Of a stretch of 64,000 nucleotides of DNA, positions 25,149 to 35,689 are shown piece by piece. The stretch's first letter is position 1; each line of letters begins with the position of its first letter. The DNA lies in contig CAUYUJ010000295.1 in the NCBI GenBank assembly GCA_963575745.1, positions 1 through 64,000 on the forward strand, read 5' to 3'. The translations under genes and the position numbers were made by a program. Below the pieces are notes generated by a model. That model worked only from the letters and a program-made list of their open reading frames with translations. It made no database searches and was not told where the DNA came from. The DNA is from Prorocentrum cordatum (lineage: Eukaryota).

Positions 25149-25848
25149 CGATGATCGAGGAAGAAACACACGCGTGCGAACAGAACAACTGCCGGAAATC
25201 CGCGCGCGGTTTTCTCCCGGTTCGGCGCTGGACCCCCCCTTTCTCTGGCGCGGTGCTAGAGCGCCAGGGGCGGCGCCCAAGTTGGACGCAAATAAATGGG
25301 GTGGGCGAGAAAAAGACGATTCCAGAAACCCTGAACCCAAAAACGTTTTCATCTCTTTTGGGCGCATTTGTTACTTCCGCCACCTTCCACCGCCCTTCCG
25401 CCGGCTTCCGCCAGCGGAGGCGGCCTCGTTTCACTTCGGCCACCCTTCCGCCGCCCTTCCGCGGCGGAAGAGATGATAACTCCTTCGATCCTCGCAGGCA
25501 AGGCGATTTTTGGAACGCCTCAGCTGGTGGAGGGGGGGAAGAAAGGGGCGACTCGGGCCCTCAAGGCCCTCTTCTGGGCCCCAGCAGGCCTCTCCAAGGG
25601 CCCATTGTAGGGCCGCGCTTCGGCAGCCCTCGCCGTCCCCTCATTTATCGCCCCACCCATTCGCGCGCCCTCCAACCCAGGAGCCGCCCAAGGGGGTCCT
25701 GCGCCGACCCAAGCACTCCGCGCGGACTCCTCCTCCTCCTCCTCCTCCTCCTCCTCCTCCTCCTCCTCCTCCTCCTCCTCCTCTCCCCCTCGTTTCCCCT
25801 CCCCCTCCTCCCCCTCCCTGTCTGCTTCTGCAGGTGTTTCCTCTTCGA

Positions 25849-25890
25849 GATGTCGCCTACCGCCGGGGCGACGGGGAGGAGCCCGCGGAC
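25849..25890 (-). CDS. Permease exon 2
   Basis: caag|GTC acceptor; VRGLLPVAPAVGDI. Joined to exon 3 it gives GDID, the conserved N-terminal motif. Ends exactly at a family-A terminus. Confidence 0.7.
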
Positions 25891-26267
25891 CTTGCAGCAT
25901 CGAATTGGCATCGAAGCGGCAAAATCGGATCGGACCGACATGTGCGTCGGATCGGGCTGCATCGGCACGGAGTCGGAATCGAATCGGATCGGCCACGCCT
26001 GTTTTCCACCACCACCACCACCATAAGTTGGAGGGGGGAAGGAGGTGGAGGATGAGGAGGAAGAAGAGGAGGACCCCCTCCCCCCTCAAACTTATGGTGG
26101 TGGTGGTGGTGATGGAAAATAGGCACAACAGGATCGGCCACGCGGCCAAGCCACCTTGCACGGCAACGCCAGGCAACCATCGGGCCGCATCGGAGTGTCG
26201 GCACATCGGGATCGGATCGAATCGGGCCAGCCACCATCGACATCGAATTGTGTCGATTGGACCGAAA

Positions 26268-26457
26268 CCCAGACCCCCGACGTCATGTTTTTTTCCATGA
26301 CGCGAACCCAATAAATACGCATGGACCCATTTCCAGGAACTGGTTTTTCATCCTGAGTCGTTGTTTGACGGTCACGAAACCAGGTAAGGGTACCCAGAGG
26401 CCGAAAATAGCGAAACGCCTTCCGTCGTGACTTTTTCATGACTCGAGGGGGTATGGG
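26268..26457. mobile_element. MITE family E (CCC...GGG termini, 2-bp TSD, CMC/EnSpm-like). Copies ~5702-6076 (interrupted), ~9981-10165, ~23601-23783, 26268-26457, 45371-45552, 61022-61209
   Basis: cccagacccccgacgtcatga ... tcatgactcgagggggtctggg; flanks AA/AA, AA/AA, AC/AC. Confidence 0.8.
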
Positions 26458-26707
26458 AATAAACCCTGCCTTGGCACGCTTGGACTTCTTCGGCGGCTCG
26501 CCGGCCATAACCGGAATCTCGCAGACGGTCGGGCGGTGCCCCTTCGGCCGTAAGAAGCCCCCGCTGCGCGCACTCGGGCAGCCTGGATCCAAAAAAATCT
26601 GCGCACGCGCGCGCGGGAGTGAGCGATCGACGTCGGCGTCGCAGGCGGCACAGTGAAGATAACAACTAAAGGAAAACGGCCAGCGAAGTACAACCGAAGA
26701 GCTTGAC

Positions 26708-26734
26708 GAGCACGCGCGGGGGCTCTTGTCGCAT
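26708..26734 (-). CDS. Putative permease first coding exon (MRQEPPRVL)
   Basis: gacgccATG context; in-phase CTC|gt donor; UTR-like sequence upstream. Tentative. Confidence 0.45.
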
Positions 26735-27121
26735 GGCGTCGACAAAGAGCAAGTGCAACAGCTGTGGTTTCAGAACAGCTGTGGCTGAGGTCGAGGAACA
26801 CCAGAGTCCACCACATGAGCATGAACTTCCCGAGGTCCGCGCGGATCTCCTGGACCAGTGCGAGACCCCCCTGGCGGCGTCTCCCGCGCCGCGACTGGCG
26901 CGCTCAGCGCGCTAGGGAAGGGGTCCAGCACAGATCCAAGATATCAGCGCGGATCTCCAACAATTCATGTTTATGTAACTGTTGTTCCGCCCCCGCTCTT
27001 CTTCTCCCCCCCCTCCCCCTCAGAGGCACAACGTTTGCTCTCCGTTGCGCGCGTGCTTGTTCAGGCCACTGCGCTGTAGCCTCGCCCGTTTACGGGCCAA
27101 CCCATGTGGTTTGATCGGGCC

Positions 27122-27170
<49 letters not shown>

Positions 27171-27619
27171 AATCGTTCCTCGATTGGGGCCCTGGGGTCG
27201 GGCGCACGCTAGCATACACTACGGACCCGTGGACCTGGCGCGCGGGCGCCAGATCCGTGGATCAGTGAAACACTACCCCCGAAACTCGAGCCGAGCGAAC
27301 GCCCGAACTGGCGACGGAGCGCGCGAATTCCGTGCGGGGTCGGGACACGTCGCGGATCCGCGCGCCTCGATCCGTGTTGGCGCTTCCTCGGCTTCAGGCC
27401 AGCCCCTACTTGCATCGCCGCGGGGGGTGCTAAGTGGACAGAGGGTTATGAGTGGATGATACTGTGGGTTCCATTTGGCCTGGCACAGCTCAGGGGGGTA
27501 GAGATTCGGGCTGAATGGGCTCCGCCCACTTAGAGAAGTTATCGAACCCACCTAAACCCCTTAGGGCACGCCAGATATGTAGCGCACTAATAAGCTAGGT
27601 TACGCAGATGTAAGCTACC

Positions 27620-28330
27620 TTGGCATCCACTTGTACCCCCCTATCTCCTTAGCGGCCACCGCTGTGATTCCAATCATGTTGCCCTGCGGCTTGCGGGTCA
27701 CGACCCGGGTCTTTGGTGCACGTTCGTGACAAGCCAGGCCCCCCCCCTGATGCCTCTCGGCAAGTCGCAGCTGCTGAAACGCACCTCGAGGCTGGACATC
27801 CACCGAGAACCTTAGAAAAACGCCCCCGAAAACCGTTCCTCGAGACCACGACGCTGGCTCTGTCCAGAGTGCGACGCTTCTTCGACGGGGGCGCCCAGAA
27901 CGTGGCCGAAATCGGCGCGCTCCCCCCCGCAAAAATGGGACGCCCGAAGCGTGCACGGGAAACATGGGCACGATACTGCACCCAGCAACACATGTTGTGG
28001 ACTACCGTCAGCGACCGCTGTGTTGCCAGGCGACTTCTTGCTTCAAATGGACAACGCCCGCGGCGACACCGACAGCGACTTCGGTGCAAACTGGACTGGA
28101 GCTTCTGTTGCTACCCCTTCTTTCAAAGTACCCACTCCGATCGCATCGACACAGAACGCCGACCACCGCTGCCCGAAGGTGGTGGACCTCCGCCGGCGCC
28201 CGCGGGCACGCGCCTGCGGCCGAGCGGAGGAGGGGTGCCACCCCTTCGAGCCTCAGCGGACCGTCCCGCGGTGGGATGAGGTGCGGCGCGGGTCCCCGTC
28301 TGCGAAGGAGACCCGGGCGGGTCCCGAAAG
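27620..28330 (-). pseudogene. Decayed Copia-like integrase fragment
   Basis: Frameshifted ...SPRALS..., ...NGFRGRFSKVL...EA...GL..., resembling an rve core; same strand as, and downstream of, the LTR/PBS at 32455-32741. Confidence 0.4.
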
Positions 28331-28994
28331 CATCAGGGCGTGAGGCTATTGGCCGTGTTGAGCCGTCGGGGGCCCCTGCCCGGGCCCTGGGACCGTCAAC
28401 TGACGACTCGAGATGAAAAGCGGGTCCCTAAGAAGGGGTCGGGACTTCCGGGGACCCCATACTGACATCGCACGTCTGGGAATGGGTCCTCGAGGAAACC
28501 AGGAAATCCGATCGACATGGGCGTCGGACCTGGCTGCCTCGGAATGTTGCGCGCAGTCGGGAGCTGCGTAATGAAGCAGGATGAGGGTGGTGTGGCGGGT
28601 GAGCAGGAGGAGGAACAGAGAACAAATGATGAATCTGTGGACGGAGGACGAAGGCGAGCATCAACAGCACCAAGAGTTGGAGTGGAAAGACCGGGAGAAA
28701 CAGGAGGATCAGGGGAAGGCCGAGGAGGGAGAATACGGAGGGCGACAACGATGAAAAAGAACTCGGATCCAGAAAAGTGGTCCATGTTGGGGCGAGAGGG
28801 CCATTCTGAACGACCGGAGCCGATCCGAAAATGCGTCCCTCGCTGCAGCGGGAACGCCATGGGAATACCGAAAGCCATCGAAGTGCAAACTACGATACAT
28901 AAACCGTTGCTTCAAATCCTGCGTGCGAGGAACAAAACATGTACGCGGAGAGGGGGGAACATCTTACGCACAGAGTCTGGGGAAATAAAAATAA

Positions 28995-29170
28995 GAAGAG
29001 TAGCACAGCAGGAGCCCGACCACCAGAAACCCTCCACAAGACACCCGAACCCAGAACCCCAGGACGTCCCTGGATATTTCTGGCCTGGGCACGTCACGTC
29101 TTCCACAGCAGAAGCCATCGACATCCAGGAGACCCAGGGCACCCCTGGAGGCACGCCCCCCCACTGCAGG
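28995..29170. repeat. Dispersed repeat family K; other copies ~56320-56480, ~63100-63270
   Basis: Shared 'accttccac...ccaagacgtcc...aaaaccatcg...cccagggcaccctggagg...ccactgca'. Confidence 0.7.
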
Positions 29171-30409
29171 CGCAACACGCGATCGCTCCAGGAGGCGGGC
29201 GGAGCGCGCGCGGAGAGGCGTGGCGCGGGGGAGGCGGCCGTTGCTTCGAAGGCCCCTGGCCCTGTTCGAAGCCGGGCCGCCTTCTGAGAGGGCCGCGGCC
29301 ACCTGGCGCAACCCCTGTGCGCAGGCCGCCACCAAGGAGGAGGGGGGCGACCCGGGCGACCCTCCTCGGTCCTTCTCCTCGGCCCTCCTCGGCCCTCCTC
29401 CTCCTCCTCCTCGATCCTCATCCTCGATCCTGCTCCATCGGTCCTCGGCCCTCATCCTCATCCTCCTCTTCCTCGGCCCTCCTCCTCGGTCCTCCTCGAT
29501 CCTCCTCATCATCCACTCTTCTCCCTGGTTCTCGGCCCTCCTCTCCACCTCCTGTGGAACCCTCGATCCTCGACCCTCTTCCTCCTCCTCAGCGTTGCCC
29601 TCGTCGACCCGCGAGGAGGAGCAGGAGGAAGAGGAGCAGGAGGAGGAGGAGGAAAGGGAGGAGGAGGAGGAGGAGGAGGAGGAGGAGGAGGAGGAGGAGG
29701 AGGAGGAGGAGGAGGAGGAGGAGGAAGAAGAGAACGAGGAAAAGTCGCGACGCGCGCGGATCAACGACGGGCCCCGTTGCCGTGCAGACTCGGGGGGCGC
29801 TCCGTCGCCGGACATCGGGCGGCGCTGGCCTCCCGCTTCGGCGGGGTATCCCTCCCCGATGCGCGGACCTGGCACCCGGGCGCCAGGTCCAGGGATCCCC
29901 CTGCTCCTGCTGCTCCTGCTGCTCCTGCTGCTCCTGCTGCTCCTGCTGCTCCTGCTGCTGCTCCTCCTCCCTCCTCTCCTCCTCCCCTCCTCCTCCTCCT
30001 CCTCCTCCTCCTCCTCCTCCTCCTCCCTCCTCCCCTCCTCCTCCCCCCCCCGCCCCTGCTGCCTGCCGTGTCGTCTCTTCGTCGTCGTTGCTCGTTTCTC
30101 TTGCCTCGGGGCACCCCGCGGCTGGTAAAAAAGAGTGCCCGAGTCCCTCGGTCCTCGATCCTCCTCCTCCCTCCCACCCTCCCTCCCTGGTACTATCGGG
30201 CGGGTGTGGGTCATGGGGCCCCTGTCGGCGACCAATAGGCGATTCGGGGTCGGTGCATCCCCCTGAGCCTATCCCCTCCTAGTGTTGCCCCTGACCTCCT
30301 GGGTCCTCCTCGTCCCCCCCCTGGGATCCCTCGATCCTCCTCCTCCCTGCCTCTCTGGCTCTCTCGACCCCCCAAGTTTCCTGGTACGCGCCTTCAACAA
30401 CTTCAACAG

Positions 30410-31585
30410 CACAGCACAGACCGTTGCATAATGCGCAACCAAACCTATTATAACATTGCCAAAACATTTCATAGCAGAACACCATGAGCTATGACAGCAC
30501 ATATCATACAGAAAAGCGCATACCATCACACCACATAACAAATCATAACAATGCATAACATACCGCATCGTGACCGAACATGTCAGAGGATACTACACCG
30601 TGACCGAGCATAGCAGACCATATCACAGTATCACAGCAGATACCACTCCATTGCATGACGACGCAAGCATACTAGAACACACCAGCTCACACCATATCAC
30701 ATAATACTTACCATGCCAGCACATGCCATCGCATAACACAAAGTAGCAACGCATGCCATGGCAGAGAGGAACCCACATAACATAACAAGCCAACATACGC
30801 CATTGCTTCAGTTTGCATAACATACCCCAATATGACAGACCACAGCATAACGACACATGCCGTGGCATACCACATCATACCACAATACAACACCCCAGCA
30901 CATCGCATTCCTTAACATTGTATGTAATGGTATACCAGTGCGGGGTATAGCATGCTATACCACAGCAGATCGTAGCATACTATGGCCTCAAAAACTATGC
31001 CACCGCAGATCATGCATCACACTTGGTGACATCGCACCTCGTCCGATCACATAACAGAGCATCACATACCACACCATGACAGAGCATGTCATACCATAGC
31101 GTAACATATCATAGCAAATCATCACACCGCATGACACTCTACACGATGACATGTAATAGCATGATAGAGCGCAGCATGTCATACCATAGCAACTCATTCC
31201 ATTACATTAACACCATAACATAACAACTCATACTGCACCATGTGAAACCATAGCATAACATGACACATCACCATAACGCACATACAATGGCATACCATAT
31301 AATACTTAGCATCGCAACACACACCACACAACATAACAATGCGCAATGCAACACATCTGAACATAAAACAACGTAACATAACATCACTGTTCCCACAATG
31401 GCATGACATACCAACACATACGACAAAACACCATGGCACGCCATTCCAACACATAGCAACATATACTAATCATCACCGCGACCTACCACACTATCACGTA
31501 GCAGCACATACCAAGGCAACGAACATCAAGCAACGACATATCAACATACAGTAACGCAGCCTCGAGCACACCGTAACATAACAAT
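30410..31585. repeat. Degenerate (CATAC/CATAA/CACCA)-type pentamer low-complexity tract
   Basis: A/C-rich ~5-nt periodicity; the complementary (GTATG)n occurs at 19437-19532. Confidence 0.8.
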
Positions 31586-31708
31586 GCAGGCTGGCCAAGA
31601 CAACTGGGCCCCGCGCGCGTCGTTCAAGGAGGTGCGCGCGCTGTCGTGAGCAAACACCGAAGGTTCTGGTGGGGGCCCTGGACCAGGGAGAATTGGCGGC
31701 GAGCGCCA

Positions 31709-31876
31709 GGGGGAAGTGAGAAAGGGCGGGCCTTCTCAGAAGGCTCGGAAGTCCCCCGGTCTTCTGAGAAATCTTCGAAACCTTTCCCAAAGACACAGAA
31801 CACTTTCAAAGGCGCGAGGGCTTCTGAACAGTCTGGCCGCCTTCTGAGAAGGCCTTTTCCTTTTCACTTCCCCCCC
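31709..31876. mobile_element. TIR repeat family H; other copies ~60838-61009, ~62189-62366
   Basis: gggggaagtga...ggccttctcagaagg ... ccttctgagaaggcc...tcacttcccccc. Confidence 0.75.
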
Positions 31877-32454
31877 TCGGCTCGCCGCCGGGAGAAGAGA
31901 GGAGATCTCGCCGCGCGCGGCCGCCGCTCCCTGCCTGCTGGCCGCCGCTGCGGCTGGCGGCGGGTGGCGCTGACCGCTCGCCTGCGGGAGGCGGGCTGCG
32001 CGAGTACCCCGGCCGGCCAAGAGGATGCGTCCACACAGTTGTTCCCGTCAGCGGCGAAGCAGAGAATCTGCTCCAGCGGGTGGCGATTCGGGGCGACCGA
32101 AAGGCGAATTGGCCAGCGTGCAGGAGCGGGACGCAGGATGCGTCCACGCAGGCCGACGAAGACGACGAGGAGGGCGACACGGCTGACGACGATGGGGAGG
32201 ACTACGGTGATGACGACGCACGTTTTCGTGGACTCTGGATGCGCTCCAGCAGCTGCGCTTTGCCGAGAAGTTTCTGGGGGTGCTCCGTTCGTCCCGAAAC
32301 CCTGGAGCGGGGCCAGCGGTCGGGCAGCGCCGACGGGGGATCGCCACCACGCGCGCGAAGACACGCTCGGTGCCACGACGGCAACGACGACCCTCACGGG
32401 CGGGCCCGCGCGGGTTGTACCGATGCCCTGGCCGCCTCTAAGGACGCCCTGCTG

Positions 32455-32741
32455 TCCCACGGGCGACAGTAATGACAATCAACAGTGTCTAGATGCTATC
32501 TTCCTCTGTCCAGACTGTGCAGACGAGCGCTCCAAAACACAGCACGCACACGATGGTAACCAGTGCGAGAGGTGGGAGAGGGGGTGAATGTGATGTGCGG
32601 TAGTGGAAAGGAAATGGGCATTGTGGGACTTGAGCCAACATGGCTACGACCATCCATCTCAAGCCCAAGGGGGGATCTGCCCACAAAAATGGGATTATGA
32701 AACACGAATGCTCAGAGGGTCTCATTCCGTCAGTCCCCCGA
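32455..32741 (-). mobile_element. Copia-like 5' LTR (32473-32741, 269 bp) plus decayed tRNA-Leu-like PBS
   Basis: Colinear with 44701-44969 and the same length; on minus it ends ...CA followed by TACTGTCGCCCGTGGGA (cf. TGGTGTCnnnnGTGGG). Confidence 0.7.
32629..32650 (-). other. Relict dinoflagellate spliced leader inside the LTR
   Basis: GTCGTAGCCATGTTGGCTCAAG versus DCCGTAGCCATTTTGGCTCAAG = 20/22; the equivalent site at 44861-44882 is 15/22. Confidence 0.9.
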
Positions 32742-32998
32742 AATACGGAGCCGAACTCTATACACCGACGCTTTTTTCCGCCCCGCACTGAAACTCGCAC
32801 TGGAGAGCGTATCCTGGTGTATACGGGGTCCTGGTGTATGTATTTGTCGCCGTCTCCCTGGAGAAGCGGGGAAAAAGCATACACCACACCAGCCCGACGT
32901 CGTCCCCGACCCTCAAAAAAGTCCTGGGATTGAAGGAGGGCCCGCCACTGGAGGGACACGCTCGACGACTCCCCTGGGCACGAGCCTGGATCCCCCTC

Positions 32999-33440
32999 TG
33001 GAGGAGGAGGAGGGGAGGAGGGGGAGGGGGAGGAGAAGGAGGAGGAGGAGGAGGAGGGGGAGGAGGGGGAGGGAGAGGAGAGGAAGGGGAGGAGGGGAGG
33101 AGGAGGAGGAGGAGGGAGGAGGGGGAGGAGGAGGGGAGGAGGAGGAGAGGAGGAGGAGGAGGAGGGGGAGGAGGGAGGGGGAGGGGGAGGGGAGGGGGAG
33201 GGGGAGGGGGAGGAGGAGGAGTAGGAGGAGGAGGAGCAGGAGCAGCAGGAGCAGGAGGGGGAGGAGGAGGAGGGAGGGGAGGGGAGGAGGAGGAGAAGGA
33301 GGAGGAGGAGGAGGAGGAGGAGGAGGAGGAGGAGGGAGGAGGAGGAGGAGGAGGAGGAGGAGGAGGAGGAGAGGAGGAGGGGAGGAGAGGAGGAGAGGAG
33401 GAGGAGGAGGAGGAAGAGGAGGAGGAGGAGGGAGGAGGGA
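32999..33440. repeat. (GGA)n tract; other major GGA/CCT tracts at 6085-6230, 29370-30050, 57010-57155, 58078-58360, 61214-61635
   Basis: Direct inspection. Confidence 0.9.
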
Positions 33441-35689
33441 ACGCGCGACGATTCGTCTGGACACAGGCCTGCCCCCCCCCCCCCCTCCCCTCCGGGCCCT
33501 GGGCTCTGGGAGGGTCGCGCCCGCTCCTGCACGCACCGTGCGCTGCCGCCGGCGCCGACGACGTCGAAGGGCCCCTGGGAAACGCAAAGAAATACTCACA
33601 GACAACAGGATTCCACATATCTTGCCATGTTTTTGGGGGGATTTTCGTCTTCCCCCACTTCCCATGTTTTGCATGTTTTCCGGGGAATCGACGATTCATT
33701 GTGCCTGTGTTTTTTTTTCCCTGCTGAGAAGCTCTCGTCCGAAACGAAAAACGGCACAGCAACTACACGACCGCATCGGGTCCTGGAACTTCGAACGTAT
33801 CAATGCCCTGCTCTGTTGCGTGGGAATCAAATTTCCACCCGGACTTTGAGCGGCGGTCTTTCCAACAACATCCCCCCCTCCTGCTGATGGAGCTGTGTGT
33901 GGGACTCAGCCGTTGAGCGTCTTTTCGTGCGCAGGTCTGCAGGCGGCCCTCCAGAAACCTGGCCTCCGCTGCCAGAAGAAAACATCCCGACTCAAACAGC
34001 TAGAACTGAGCGGCGCTCGTCTTGGCGACATCAAACTTTGTCATACAGTCCGCGGGCAACAACAGATGCGGCATCCATCCGATAACCTGACTTACCCTGC
34101 CCATCAAATCTATGACCACGGCCACATCTATACCAACTCTCCTATCGGCCGTCGATACGTCAGACAGCTTGCTGAGAGTGCCGTGAATACCTGTAGCATC
34201 TACACTACTCAGACACTTGTTCTAGAGGGGGGGTAAGGAATGACAGGTTTAGGGTATCAGGGCCACGATCGATCCAACCATGTCCTGCCAAAAATCGTTG
34301 ACCACGCTTCCCCGGGTAGCGTTTTCGAACATGAGATGTGACCACTGGGCCTCAGCAAGGACCCCTGATAAGGCCAGAGTCTCACCGGCTAGTGTCTTAA
34401 CTACCAGCACCTTTGGACCCGGCAAAACCTCCAGGCCAGAGGGGTGGCCCTCGCGCGCTGACCAAAAGCACGAGGCTGATCGGCTAAGTACACATGCCAA
34501 GCCTGCTGCGGGTGAAAAATGTCGCCGGCACCCACCCTGCCGCCAACGCTGGCCGCGGCGAAAACGCACCGGCTCTGGTCGAAGCGGTGAATGAGCATGG
34601 GCAGTGCTGTAGACGGACGAGGGCGGTCTACCACCTTGTGGGCCTCCAGAAGGTCTTTCGTTCGGGGAGGGATAGCTCGAGTGGCCAGTATCGAGCGGAT
34701 CTGGCTGCTTCGGCGCGAGCTTTGAATATCAACCACTTCGAAGCCCACAAGAGGGGCGTCGTGATCCGACTGAACGAAAATTTGGGCCAACTGCAGAAGA
34801 GTGACTTTTTTCCTGATCCACCCATGTTCTGGGAGTATGTAACCAATCCCCTTTTCCTGAGCATGTTCTTAGGGTGGAGGGCTCAGAGCGAAATCCATAT
34901 GGACTTCTGCACCTCGAAAGTCATATCGAATTGTGATTCACCTACTGCAGATTCAAAACTCGAAAATTCATTAAAACGGCATTTCACATCTCACCCTTTG
35001 CCGTCCACCCACAAAAAGTGTTTGGTTTGCATCAAAACGCTCCTTTTTCCCGGCATGGTGCCTCTTCTTGGACTCGACCGAGATACCTGTGTTCCTGGCC
35101 CATCGGGATAACTATGGCCCCGTCGTCGGCCTCCAGAAACATTTGACAAAACGATTCTCCTGGAACGCCTCTGGGCCAACGCGCGCGGCTCGGGTTTCGT
35201 GCGTTCCAAGCCCGGGCCTTCCAGGAACCTGGAGACGTCTCGTGAAAAACGAGGGGGGCGTCGTCGAGACCACGCACAAGAGCTACTAATTATACGAGGG
35301 CTCCAGGGGCCAGACCCAAGCCCTAACAGGGTTCAACGGAGCCCCCCCTCTTGGTCTTTTGAGTGGATCGGATTGACGAAACAGTTTTGATATCGCCTAC
35401 GAAATTCCATGTTGCACACCAGGGAAATGGTGAGAAACCTCATGACGGACTCCATACTCGGGGTGGGCGGGCAAACGTGCAGCTCAGCCGTGCTTTCATC
35501 CTCGTGGCCCCTGAATCCTCGGGGTGTGGCCTTTTTTCGATTCGATTCGATTTGCGTTCGCTCTTGGATCAGTCTCCGTGCCCAGGAGGCCGCGAACGTT
35601 CAGGCCGTAGCCTCTCCGCGAAACTCCAATTGACCAGGATGGGGTCCGACTGTCAACATGGGAAAAGCGTGCACCGCTAGCGTCGTGGC

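Noticed and set aside
30269..31554. Cys/Met/Val-rich ORFs (also 52521-53634)
   Set aside because: Translations of degenerate microsatellites.
32600..32650. SL RNA gene
   Set aside because: The leader has 2 mismatches, is followed by TCCC rather than a GT donor, and lies inside an LTR.
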